Part shown: in pieces, positions 27,441-36,508 of the stretch
Layout: each line of letters starts with the position of its first letter
Position numbering within the stretch: the first letter of the stretch is position 1
DNA from: Methanosarcinaceae archaeon
Lineage (GTDB): Archaea > Halobacteriota > Methanosarcinia > Methanosarcinales > Methanosarcinaceae
Length of the DNA: 40,573 nucleotides
Direction of reading: 5' to 3'
NCBI GenBank assembly: GCA_030655675.1
Contig: JAUSPM010000216.1
Location: 1 to 40,573, forward strand
Made by a program: the position numbers and the translations under genes
The notes under the pieces: model-generated
What the model was told of the DNA's origin: nothing
Seen by the model: the letters and a program-made list of their open reading frames with translations, nothing else
Database searches by the model: none

Positions 27441-27740
27441 TTATTTGAATAATGCTTCCTCCGTCGTTAATAATTCTTTTTTAGACTTATCTATTTTTTC
27501 CCAAATCTTACCAAATTCATCTAAATTTGCTTCCATCTCTGAAGAAAGGAAATACATGGCCCCATACTTTTCACCCTCTGCCACAATTATACTATGTTTC
27601 ATAAGTACACCGATATGATGCCTAATCGTCTTATAATCCATACCAATGAATTCTGATAACTGGTTGGCATTGTAAGGTCTGTCAATTAGTGCATTAATAA
27701 TCCTAGCTCTGGTATTTCCTCCACGTGTGCCAGCTATCAA
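27441..27740 (-). CDS. ArsR-like winged-helix transcriptional regulator
   Basis: TRGGNTRARIINALIDRPYNANQLSEFIGMDYKTIRHHIGVLMKHSIIV...YGAMYFLS is a wHTH pattern. The track start is a TTG. The open frame extends 15 codons further upstream (SPLEELILKKILWYL) without a canonical start (see findings). Confidence 0.75.
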   Translation of the reverse strand: MIAGTRGGNTRARIINALIDRPYNANQLSEFIGMDYKTIRHHIGVLMKHSIIVAEGEKYGAMYFLSSEMEANLDEFGKIWEKIDKSKKELLTTEEALFK

Positions 27741-28093
27741 ATACCACAGTATTTTCTTCAGAATAAGTTCCTCCAGAGGAGATTAGAAATAATTATTTAA
27801 GTTTAATTGCTCATCGTACTTAAATGTTCTTCAAATCATGCCCACAGTACACGATTATGATTTAATCACATGCATACACACTACAAAATTAATGTTAAAA
27901 CAAAATTGAAATGTGGGTACTTTTTATGTACACAAGCATCATTTAGATTCCTTTCGTATATAATTTATTCGTTCACATTCAATATGTTTGATCCTACTTT
28001 TAAGTGATTTGTACTGATATCGTATATGATGATAAAAACGTTAATAAGAACACTTTTATGTCTGGACCATAGACTACTATATGGGGATAATTT

Positions 28094-30817
28094 ATGGGTA
28101 AATCGAATGCTATCAGAAGTGATAATTGTTCTCCATCAGGTGACGAGCATCAAATTGACTTAGAAAACCTCTTAGCAAAACTGGATACAAGTGAAAATGG
28201 ACTCACAGAAGAAGAAGCGGCACAAAGGCTCAATACATGCGGTGCGAACATTCTTGAAGAAACCAATAAAAGATCGCCCCTTTATAATTATCTAAAACAA
28301 TTCAAAAATTTCTTTTCCATACTCCTCGCTGTTGGTTCATTACTATCGTTTTTCGCAGAATGGCTTGATCCGGGACAGGGGAACCTCTACATCGGTTTTG
28401 CACTTGCCGGAGTTGTTGTTCTTAACGCAACGTTTACGTTCGTTCAGGAATATCAGGCAGAAAAAATAATGGAGAGTTTCCGCCAGCTCATACCCCCGCA
28501 ATCCAAAGTGATCCGAAACGGCAAGATCAGGGATGTACTTGCAACTGAACTTGTGGTCGGGGATGTGATTGTGCTTGAAGAAGGCGATAAAGTCCCTGCA
28601 GATGGCAGACTAATTGAAGTGAATTCATTCAAGGTGGATAATTCTCCCATAACAGGTGAAGCAGAACCCCAACTTCGCGCACTCATTTGTACCCACCCCA
28701 ATATCCTTGAATGTCGTAACATGGTATTTTCCGGAACCCTTGTCCAGACCGGAAATGGCAAGGCTGTGGTTTTTGGCACCGGCATGCATACCCAGATTGG
28801 AAAATTGGCTACACTAACTGAAAAGACCTATTCGGCGGAAACACCCATAAGAAAAGAGCTGAACCATTTTATCCACATAATTTCCGCAATTGCCATCTTT
28901 CTTGGCGTGTCATTCTTCCTTCTTGCCTTTTTCATTCAGGATGTAGTTCTTGCAAGCCTCATATTTGCAATAGGCATTATTGTGGCGAATGTTCCGGAAG
29001 GGTTACTTCCCACAGTCACCCTCGCTTTGAGTCTGGCGTCAAAGAGGATGGCAAAGCGAAATGCCCTTATAAAGCAGCTTGAGTCAGTAGAAACCCTTGG
29101 CTCAACTACAGTAATCTGCACAGATAAGACCGGAACATTGACTCAGAATAAGATGGCAGTAAGTTCTCTACTGGTGGGTTTAAATGAAACTGACATCCAT
29201 GACAACAATAATATTTCCGATATCTTTGTGAGGGTTTCAGCCCTATGCAATAATGCAAGGATCACGGAAAAAGCACCAGGCTACAGGGGTGACCCCACAG
29301 AGGGCTCGCTACTTGTATTCGCCAGCAGTCTGGCTGACATTAAGACACTCAATGACCAGTATCCACGACTGCAAGAATATCCATTTGATTCTATTAGAAA
29401 GAGTATGCAGGTGATCTGCTCCACACCACATGGGGGATTGGAGGCGTATCTTAAAGGCGCTCCTGAAATTATTGTGGATATGTGCAATTCCATAATTACA
29501 AAGGACGGAGAAGTTCCGCTAACAGATGAGAAGAAACAGACAATCCTGGACAAACATCTTGCCATGGCTGAGAGAGGAGAACGTGTGCTGGCTCTGGCTT
29601 ACAGGGTGGCAGAAGAAGAGATCGATTATCAGGATGGTTTTGTATTCCTTGGTTTTGCCGGAGCTATAGACCCTCCAAGAGCCGAGGCCAGAGATGCTAT
29701 TGCGCGATGCCATACAGCAGGTATCAAGGTCGTCATGATAACAGGTGACCATCCGGTCACTGCAAGGTCAATTGCCCGCAGTGTTGGACTCATCTCTGAC
29801 GGAGATGACCTTGTCATGATCACTGGTGATGAACTTGAAGAGCTTACTCATACCGAACTTGCAGCCAAACTTACCACAAAGAGTATCATTTTTGCCCGCA
29901 CTTCACCTGTGCAGAAACTAAAGATCGTACAGACATTTCAGTCTGCAGGTGAGATCGTTACAATGACCGGGGACGGGGTGAATGATGCCCCTGCAATAAA
30001 AACTGCTGATATGGGTGTGGCCATGGGCAGCGGGACTGATGTTGCAAGAGAAGCTGCTGACATGGTGCTTCTTGATGATAATTTTGCCACGATCGTATAT
30101 GCAGTGGAAGAAGGCAGGACTGTGTTTGATAACATAAAGAAGTTCATCGCCTACATCCTCACCAGCAATATTCCTGAAATTCTCCCTTTCATCGCCTTTG
30201 TACTTCTGGCTATTCCATTGCCAATGACAGTGCAGCTCATACTTGCAATCGATCTTGGAACTGATATTTTGCCCGCCCTGGCACTTGGTGTTGAAAAGGG
30301 TGAAGGGGACATAATGAAACGGCCCCCGCGCGCAAGGAGTGAGAAGCTTCTTACACCCCAGGTACTATTCACTGCCTATGGTATAAAGGGGCCGATCGAA
30401 GCAGCAGCAGGATTCTTCTGCTATTTCGCAGTGTTAAAGGACGGGGGCTGGACATTTGGCCAGCAGTTGCCCTTTAATGACCCTGTTTATATGCAGGCTA
30501 TAACCGCATTCTTTGGGGCTGTCATTGTATGTCAGATAGCCAACGTCTTTACATCCCGTACAAGAACCCAGTCCCTTTTTTCAAAGGGTATTTTTTCCAA
30601 CAGGTATGTGTTGGTGGGGATTGCCAGCGAGCTCCTCATCTTATCGATCATAATGTGGCACCCCTTTGCCCAGAAGGTCTTTAATACGGCACCACTTGAT
30701 CTGCGATACATTATGCTTGCTCTGCCGTTTGCCCTTCTCATACTTGTGTTCGATGAGCTAAGGAAGTATTTTATACGAAAGGATGTCAAAATCGTTGACA
30801 GGTTCCTTGGCTGGTAA
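28094..30817 (+). CDS. P-type ATPase, type II, Na,K-/H,K-ATPase alpha-like (IIC-like) cation pump
   Basis: 907 aa. Motifs: TGEAEPQ (A-domain), IGIIVANVPEGLLPTVTLALSLASKRMAKRNALIKQLESVETLGSTTVICTDKTGTLTQNKM (M4 plus phosphorylation site), MITGDHPVTA, TGDGVNDAPAIK, YILTSNIPEILPF (M5) and LAIDLGTDILPALAL (M6). Confidence 0.95.
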   Translation: MGKSNAIRSDNCSPSGDEHQIDLENLLAKLDTSENGLTEEEAAQRLNTCGANILEETNKRSPLYNYLKQFKNFFSILLAVGSLLSFFAEWLDPGQGNLYIGFALAGVVVLNATFTFVQEYQAEKIMESFRQLIPPQSKVIRNGKIRDVLATELVVGDVIVLEEGDKVPADGRLIEVNSFKVDNSPITGEAEPQLRALICTHPNILECRNMVFSGTLVQTGNGKAVVFGTGMHTQIGKLATLTEKTYSAETPIRKELNHFIHIISAIAIFLGVSFFLLAFFIQDVVLASLIFAIGIIVANVPEGLLPTVTLALSLASKRMAKRNALIKQLESVETLGSTTVICTDKTGTLTQNKMAVSSLLVGLNETDIHDNNNISDIFVRVSALCNNARITEKAPGYRGDPTEGSLLVFASSLADIKTLNDQYPRLQEYPFDSIRKSMQVICSTPHGGLEAYLKGAPEIIVDMCNSIITKDGEVPLTDEKKQTILDKHLAMAERGERVLALAYRVAEEEIDYQDGFVFLGFAGAIDPPRAEARDAIARCHTAGIKVVMITGDHPVTARSIARSVGLISDGDDLVMITGDELEELTHTELAAKLTTKSIIFARTSPVQKLKIVQTFQSAGEIVTMTGDGVNDAPAIKTADMGVAMGSGTDVAREAADMVLLDDNFATIVYAVEEGRTVFDNIKKFIAYILTSNIPEILPFIAFVLLAIPLPMTVQLILAIDLGTDILPALALGVEKGEGDIMKRPPRARSEKLLTPQVLFTAYGIKGPIEAAAGFFCYFAVLKDGGWTFGQQLPFNDPVYMQAITAFFGAVIVCQIANVFTSRTRTQSLFSKGIFSNRYVLVGIASELLILSIIMWHPFAQKVFNTAPLDLRYIMLALPFALLILVFDELRKYFIRKDVKIVDRFLGW

Positions 30818-30936
30818 CTGAAGGACATGTCAGAGAGGATAGATGAATAGCATTATTAGTTTCATAAATTACCGAATGAGTGAACACCCGCTACATACAA
30901 ATAACATCGAGTAAAATCTGTTGACAGGTGAATTAA

Positions 30937-31434
30937 TTGGAAAAGATAATTAAAGGACGAGCATGGCTATTTGGAGATGACATTGATACTGATGTTATAA
31001 TCCCGGGAAAATATCTCAGGACAACTGACATGCAGGTATTTGGCGACCATGCCATGGAAGGAGTTGACCCTGACTTCTCGAAGAAAGTGCAAAAAGGCGA
31101 TGTAATTGTCGCAAATAATAACTTCGGGTGCGGGTCATCAAGAGAACAAGCACCCCTTGCATTGAAATATGCAGGCATCTCCTGTGTTGTTGCAAAGACC
31201 TTTGGGCGAATCTTCTTTCGGAATGCGATAAATGTAGGTCTTCCGCTAATGGAAGCAGATGTAGAGTGCAACGAAGGCGACACTGTTGAGATAGACCTTC
31301 AACAGGGAACTGTAAAGGTCAACTACAAGACCTTCAAAGGCAACAAACTACCTGATTTCCTGCTTGAGATGCTCACAGACGGCGGTCTTGTAGCGCACCG
31401 AAAAGCAGAACAAAAGCGTAACAGCGGTATGTAA
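30937..31434 (+). CDS. hacB: Aconitase-family dehydratase small subunit, homoaconitase-type (HacB) by loop motif
   Basis: 165 aa, TTG start. It has [19 protein letters not shown] and [12 protein letters not shown]. From memory of the M. jannaschii enzymes, the YLRT loop is the determinant distinguishing homoaconitase small subunits from isopropylmalate isomerase LeuD (YLVY). Confidence 0.75.
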   Translation: MEKIIKGRAWLFGDDIDTDVIIPGKYLRTTDMQVFGDHAMEGVDPDFSKKVQKGDVIVANNNFGCGSSREQAPLALKYAGISCVVAKTFGRIFFRNAINVGLPLMEADVECNEGDTVEIDLQQGTVKVNYKTFKGNKLPDFLLEMLTDGGLVAHRKAEQKRNSGM

Positions 31435-31539
31435 TAACAAACAAGCTCCACCCATTATCCAATAATCACTCGGTAATCATACAGTAACCATGCAATGATC
31501 ATCCAATAATAAAACGCAGATAATCCAATACAGGTACAA

Positions 31540-32400
31540 ATGATCTTTCCTGATGAATACAAAAATGTTGGAGTAACCGACATACATCCCGATGATTCCG
31601 GCAATATAGTATATTTTTTGTCGGACTACATTGTAGCAGAGCACAAACCTGAACAGGATAATGACACAACCGAGTATTCACTATACCACGTAACAAAAAG
31701 CGGCGAGGGACTCCTACAAACAGTTGAAACACTCGAAACTATCGCATCCGGCAAACAGATAGTAAAATACGAAAAAGAACTGAACATCAAAGACCGCGCA
31801 CTTTTGATAGAGATAGCAACACAACTCTGCAAAGGCGACATCAACACCGTCATTTTCACAGGAGTTGACAAACACGTAACATTCGTACATGCTCCTGACC
31901 TGTCAAGCATTGTTGAGATCGAGATCGTGGATGTGATCCCGCCTGAACCTTCATGGCTAACACATGTCATCCGAAGACTTGAAACAAGCGGCATCTTCGG
32001 TGATTTCGGAGTGCGGTTCAGTGAAAATGTCATTGACCTCAAACAATTCGAAGGCGAAGACACAGTGTTCCCATGCACAGCATCGGGACTCAAAGGCAAG
32101 TATCTTGATTCCGACATAATCACAAAGAATGGCTCACTGGTCGTGGGATGCGAAATATCAAGAACCTTGATCGAATCACGATTTCCCAATCTCGAATACA
32201 CGCTTGTGAACATCTGTCCATTCAAATCCGATATATTCAAACCAACAAAACCTTTCATAACAAGATGCTGCCGCTCTGAAAAATCCGGTCTTGTTACCAT
32301 CAACGATGTTGAGGGAGTTGTAGTACACTGGGGCGCATCCGAATTCGAGGTTGCAGAGGCCATAAGGGATCTGGTTTTACATATCAAAGAGCAAGGTTGA
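31540..32400 (+). CDS. Hypothetical protein (Cys-containing C-terminal half), no family recognised
   Basis: 286 aa with normal protein-like composition. The equally long minus-strand ORF 31626..32486 is Ser/Cys-rich and looks like an antisense shadow. Notable Cys positions: FPCTASG, VVGCEISR, NICPF, ITRCCRSE. Confidence 0.65.
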   Translation: MIFPDEYKNVGVTDIHPDDSGNIVYFLSDYIVAEHKPEQDNDTTEYSLYHVTKSGEGLLQTVETLETIASGKQIVKYEKELNIKDRALLIEIATQLCKGDINTVIFTGVDKHVTFVHAPDLSSIVEIEIVDVIPPEPSWLTHVIRRLETSGIFGDFGVRFSENVIDLKQFEGEDTVFPCTASGLKGKYLDSDIITKNGSLVVGCEISRTLIESRFPNLEYTLVNICPFKSDIFKPTKPFITRCCRSEKSGLVTINDVEGVVVHWGASEFEVAEAIRDLVLHIKEQG

Positions 32401-32434
32401 ATTATAAAAATTACGTAAAAATACCGACACCACC

Positions 32435-32600
32435 ATACGCGCTTTAGCGCGGCACGTTCCCACATCACCACCAAAATTATCTTCATTTGGCTCTAATCAA
32501 TATCTGTATAAGATCAATATCCATAAAAATAAGCGCAGAATATCATTCAATATATTAATTTATTGATTCGTTATGGGACGTGCCGCCTGCGGCGGGTTGT
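32435..32600. mobile_element. MITE-like element A: ~166 bp, AT-rich core flanked by inverted ends that each contain a GC-rich mini-hairpin
   Basis: The left end is atacgcgctttagcgcggcacgttccc (32435-32461). The right end is gggacgtgccgcctgcggcgggttgt (32575-32600). The reverse complement of the left end (gggaacgtgccgcgctaaagcgcgtat) matches the right end over ggga(a)cgtgccgc. A related copy lies at 38865-39130. Confidence 0.55.
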
Positions 32601-32706
32601 TGTCTTGACATCAAACACACCTCAACAAACTCAAATTTTATAATAACCTTAATCTAACCATAATCTAACCATAATCCAATCATAAATGTGGAAATAAGTG
32701 AACATC

Positions 32707-33699
32707 ATGAAACTTGCAATTATCGAAGGTGATGGAATCGGGAAAGAAGTGATTCCCGCAGCAGTTGAAGTGCTTGATGCGCTCGGACTTGATATAGAAA
32801 AAGTGCCGCTTGAACTTGGATATGGTAAGTGGGAAAGAACTGGTGTAGCGATCACGGATGAGGACATCACTACATTGAAAGAATGTGACTGTGTCCTTTT
32901 TGGCGCTGTTACGACACCACCTGACCCAAATTACAAAAGTGTGCTACTGACGATCCGCAAAGAACTTGATGTGTATGCAAACATACGACCCATAAAACCT
33001 CTTGCCGGCATTAAAGGTGCGACAGGCAGGAATGATTTTGATCTTGTTATCGTGCGGGAGAACACTGAGGGGATGTATTCCGGTATCGAAGAACTGCATG
33101 ATGATGTTTCATATACGACAAGGGTCATCACGCGCAAAGGGTCAAAACGCATAGCCGAATATGCCTGTAAACTGGCAAAGGAGCGGCAGAACAGAATTAC
33201 CATTGTTCACAAATCCAATGTATTAAAATCCGATAAACTATTTTTGGACACATGCCGCAGTGTTGCAGATGATGCAGGGGTCACACATAACGATATGCTG
33301 GTCGATTCAATGGCATTTAGTCTTATCACATCACCACAAAAATATGATGTTGTGGTAACAACCAATCTTTTCGGGGACATATTGAGCGATATGTCAGCTG
33401 CACTTGTAGGAAGCCTGGGGCTTGCTCCTAGTGCTAACATCGGTGAAAGATACGCATTTTTCGAACCCGTGCACGGGAGTGCACCCGACATTGCAGGAAA
33501 AGGGATCGCAAACCCGATTGCTGCAATCCTGTGTGTAAAGATGATGATGGAATGGCTTGGTGACACAAAAAGTGCTTCGCTTGTGGGAGATGCTGTTAAC
33601 TATGTGCTTGGACAAGGGATCATGACACCCGAACTTGGCGGAACATCATCCACCAAAGATGTAGGGCATGCCGTTGCTGAATATATAACCCAACTTTGA
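32707..33699 (+). CDS. Isopropylmalate / homoisocitrate dehydrogenase family enzyme (LeuB or AksF)
   Basis: MKLAIIEGDGIGKEV start (ATG 32707; the track uses GTG 32698). Motifs: LFGAVTTP, IVRENTEGMYSG, NLFGDILSD and FEPVHGSAPDIAGKGIANP. Proximity to hacB favours the coenzyme B (AksF) role, but specificity cannot be read from motifs. Confidence 0.85.
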   Translation: MKLAIIEGDGIGKEVIPAAVEVLDALGLDIEKVPLELGYGKWERTGVAITDEDITTLKECDCVLFGAVTTPPDPNYKSVLLTIRKELDVYANIRPIKPLAGIKGATGRNDFDLVIVRENTEGMYSGIEELHDDVSYTTRVITRKGSKRIAEYACKLAKERQNRITIVHKSNVLKSDKLFLDTCRSVADDAGVTHNDMLVDSMAFSLITSPQKYDVVVTTNLFGDILSDMSAALVGSLGLAPSANIGERYAFFEPVHGSAPDIAGKGIANPIAAILCVKMMMEWLGDTKSASLVGDAVNYVLGQGIMTPELGGTSSTKDVGHAVAEYITQL

Positions 33700-33819
33700 C
33701 AGTTGAAAAATTATAGCCAAAAATTTTTACGTAACTCCTTCTTTTCCCCTCAAAATCAATGTATTCATTGGGTTAAAACTAGCTACACATAATACAATAC
33801 TTCCTCATCAATCATCAAA

Positions 33820-34410
33820 CTAAGCCTTCCCCCGTGACTCCCCGCAAACAACACCTGTTGCTATCAAATGCGCAACCCGTATGGGTTCCGGGACATTACT
33901 CCTTGTAGATGTCAGTTGTACGATCCTGCGCGCATCCTCCCTGTCAATTCCGGCGCACTGTATGTATATCGGGTTTGAGGTATTCTTTGTGACAACTCTT
34001 GTGATCCTGCCTGCGCGCAGAATTATCTCAAGCCTCTTATCTGGCTGAGTGAGATTTTTAAGTGCAGCCTCAATCTTTTCAAGATCAGGACATGCGCGCA
34101 TGATGACGATAACAGGCAGATCAGTTTCTTCATAGATGCGCACAATATCGACCGGGTTAAAACCTCCATACGTCACTCCATCGAGCATGATGACACGGAT
34201 CTGTGAATAGTGTTTTGTCGAAATGACCATATCAATGATAGTATCCGTGGCATCCATTCCATCGCGTGTGATCTCAGAGCGCAGCACGCCATCAAGCCAC
34301 TTCCCGCCGCGAAAGACTACACCGATTATTGTAATACTATCGCTGATAAGGGCAGAATCATCGATTCCGAGTATTCTTATCTCTGGTTTGATATGGAATC
34401 CGGAGTTCAC
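33820..34410 (-). CDS. UPF0215 / DUF99 family protein (EndoV-like fold)
   Basis: 196 aa. IRILGIDDS...IIGVVFRGGKWLDGVL...IRVIMLDGVTYGGFNPVDI...LPVIVIM matches my memory of the archaeal DUF99 family. Confidence 0.7.
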   Translation of the reverse strand: MNSGFHIKPEIRILGIDDSALISDSITIIGVVFRGGKWLDGVLRSEITRDGMDATDTIIDMVISTKHYSQIRVIMLDGVTYGGFNPVDIVRIYEETDLPVIVIMRACPDLEKIEAALKNLTQPDKRLEIILRAGRITRVVTKNTSNPIYIQCAGIDREDARRIVQLTSTRSNVPEPIRVAHLIATGVVCGESRGKA

Positions 34411-34473
34411 ACTAACTTATTAGTGACATATTCTAAAAGTAATTAACCCGGGCACTGTATGCCAAAAGCAAGA

Positions 34474-35760
34474 TCAGACAAACATTGCTTCCGGGTGCAT
34501 TCCTGCTGGTGGGTGTACGGATTTTAAAACCTTTTCGACAGCATCAAGGAAATCATTCATTTCCACTGACTGCTTATCAGCACGCACAGCAAGCATACCT
34601 GCTTCTGTTGCAATGGCTTTAAGGTCTGCTCCGCTTGAACCTTCAGTTAGTTTTGCCAGCCGCCTGAAATCAATATCATCCGAAATTGTCATGTTCTTTA
34701 CATGTATCTTAATGATATGTTCTCTGGCTTCAATATTCGGCATCGGGACTTTTACAACACGGTCAAACCTGCCAGGGCGCAGTATGGCCGGATCAAGTGC
34801 ATCAGGTCGGTTTGTTGCTGCAATTATTCGTACATCACCACGACTGTCGAACCCATCCATCTCGGCTAATAGTTGCATGAGGGTGCGCTGTACTTCGCGG
34901 TCTGCTCCGCTTGATTCATTTAATCGTATGCTCGCAATTGCATCCAGTTCATCAATAAATATTATACTTGGTGCCTTTTTCCTTGCCATCTCGAAAATAT
35001 CGCGCACAAGTTTTGCACCATCTCCTATGTATTTTTGGACAAGTTCCGAACCCACGACCCTTATAAAAGTAGCATCCGTCCTGTTGGCAACAGCTTTTGC
35101 AAGCATTGTTTTACCAGTGCCTGGCGGACCATGTAGGAGTATTCCTTTTGGTGGCGTGATGCCTATACGCTTAAAAGTCTCCGGTTTCGTGAGGGGGAGT
35201 TCAACAGATTCTACAAGTTCCTGTATCTGCTCATCAAGTCCGCCGATCTGATCATAATCTACTTCCGGTGATTCCACGATCTCCATGGCACTAACCATCA
35301 GCTCTTCAGTAGGCGGAATTACCTCCACGACTGCCAGAGTATGCTGGTTCAAAGCCACCTTTGCACCCACTACAAGAGCACTATCGTCGATGTACTGGGA
35401 CACATTTACCATGAACTGTGGACCTGTAGTGCTTCTTATCAGCACCTTGTCATGATCCACCACATCAAGAATTGTCCCGATGATTAGGGGTGCTGTTTTC
35501 AAGCGATCGATCTCAGACTGCATCTTACGGATCTCACGTTCGTACTTGAGTTTCTGATTCTCTACAAAACGCTTTTCAGATTTTATCTGATCACACTGCT
35601 CTCTTAAAAAATTGTTTCGTGCTTCCAGCTGTTTCATTCGATCCAGCATATATTTAGAGAATTCTTCATCGCTATCAACCTCAACTTGACTATAATCCGA
35701 ACCTACGTTAGTCATGTCGTAGTTGTTTCTTTTTTTCTCACGATATGTAGTTTCGCTCAT
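34474..35760 (-). CDS. pan: Proteasome-activating nucleotidase (AAA+ ATPase)
   Basis: 428 aa, with an N-terminal coiled coil ([44 protein letters not shown]) and an OB domain. Walker A is GPPGTGKT, Walker B is IIFIDELD, and there is SGADLKAI. Confidence 0.95.
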   Translation of the reverse strand: MSETTYREKKRNNYDMTNVGSDYSQVEVDSDEEFSKYMLDRMKQLEARNNFLREQCDQIKSEKRFVENQKLKYEREIRKMQSEIDRLKTAPLIIGTILDVVDHDKVLIRSTTGPQFMVNVSQYIDDSALVVGAKVALNQHTLAVVEVIPPTEELMVSAMEIVESPEVDYDQIGGLDEQIQELVESVELPLTKPETFKRIGITPPKGILLHGPPGTGKTMLAKAVANRTDATFIRVVGSELVQKYIGDGAKLVRDIFEMARKKAPSIIFIDELDAIASIRLNESSGADREVQRTLMQLLAEMDGFDSRGDVRIIAATNRPDALDPAILRPGRFDRVVKVPMPNIEAREHIIKIHVKNMTISDDIDFRRLAKLTEGSSGADLKAIATEAGMLAVRADKQSVEMNDFLDAVEKVLKSVHPPAGMHPEAMFV

Positions 35761-35880
35761 GGAGACTCCGAATATTATTTAAGCACAAACGGTATATATC
35801 ATTTTCGACGTGATTTCTATATAAAATGATATTAGTTTAATTAAGTCTTACTATTAGTTTGATAAAGTCTAATTTCTTGT

Positions 35881-36000
35881 AGTATATATTTTATAAATAT
35901 ATAGTGCGAGTTAATTCGACCGAAGGGAGAATTTTCTCGTAGATTATAAATAATAAAATTATATAGTCAAGTAAATCCGAACAAATCGAGGATTTTCTCA
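35881..36000 (-). repeat. Hairpin-plus-TATA repeat, copies 3 and 4 in direct tandem (35881-35939 and 35941-36000)
   Basis: On the minus strand, copy 3 reads cgagaaaattc-tcccttcggtc-gaattaactcg + cactatatatttataaaatatatact. Copy 4 reads tgagaaaatcc-tcgatttgttc-ggatttacttg + actatataattttattatttataatct. They sit in the pan / mbf1 divergent intergenic region. Confidence 0.8.
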
Positions 36001-36028
36001 TAGTATATATTTTAAGAGTTGATGAGAT

Positions 36029-36508
36029 ATGGAATGTGAAATATGCGGTTCAGAGATACATGGTGAGTCTGTCAAAGTTACTATTGATGGTAGTGAACTG
36101 GATGTGTGCGGCAAATGCTCACAACTTGGCACTGTTACAAACAAGCGCACACCCGTATCAAGAAAGGTAGCGCCTGTTACACGCAGTATGCCTACAAGAC
36201 GTCCCACAACAAGAAAGCTTGAGACAATGAGTGACGAACTTGTTGATGACTACGAAACAGTTATTCGGGATGCACGCCGAAGCCATGGCTGGACACAAGA
36301 GCAACTGGCTGAAAAGATCAAGGAAAAAGCATCTCTTCTCAAGAAGATAGAACGCGGTGAGATCACACCGGAAGATTCAATTCTCAAAAAACTTGAGCAT
36401 ACACTTAATATCAAACTAACGGAACGTACTGGTGAATCTGACTGGAGCGGCGGAAGTTTGAACAAGGGAACAACTCTTGGGGATATTGTGAAGATCAAAC
36501 GAAAGTGA
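36029..36508 (+). CDS. mbf1: Archaeal multiprotein-bridging factor 1 (Zn-ribbon + XRE-type HTH)
   Basis: 159 aa. It has an N-terminal CEICGS...CGKC zinc ribbon and a C-terminal HTH (RRSHGWTQEQLAEKIKEKASLLKKIERGE). Confidence 0.85.
   Translation: MECEICGSEIHGESVKVTIDGSELDVCGKCSQLGTVTNKRTPVSRKVAPVTRSMPTRRPTTRKLETMSDELVDDYETVIRDARRSHGWTQEQLAEKIKEKASLLKKIERGEITPEDSILKKLEHTLNIKLTERTGESDWSGGSLNKGTTLGDIVKIKRK

Noticed and set aside
32395-32425. Shared motif ttga-attata-aaaatt-acgtaa just after the stops of 31540-32400 and of the dehydrogenase gene (33688-33730), including the palindrome ttacgtaa
   Set aside because: It is short and AT-rich in an AT-rich spacer, with only two occurrences. It cannot be distinguished from chance by eye.
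31626-32486. 286-aa minus-strand ORF of the same length as the plus-strand ORF it overlaps
   Set aside because: Its Ser/Thr/Cys-rich composition is typical of the antisense frame of an acidic gene. The plus-strand ORF (31540-32400) has balanced composition and a plausible start context. The choice is not proven, because neither frame has a recognised family.
34613-35251. 212-aa plus-strand ORF
   Set aside because: It is antisense to the AAA+ core of PAN and is a Ser-rich shadow ORF.
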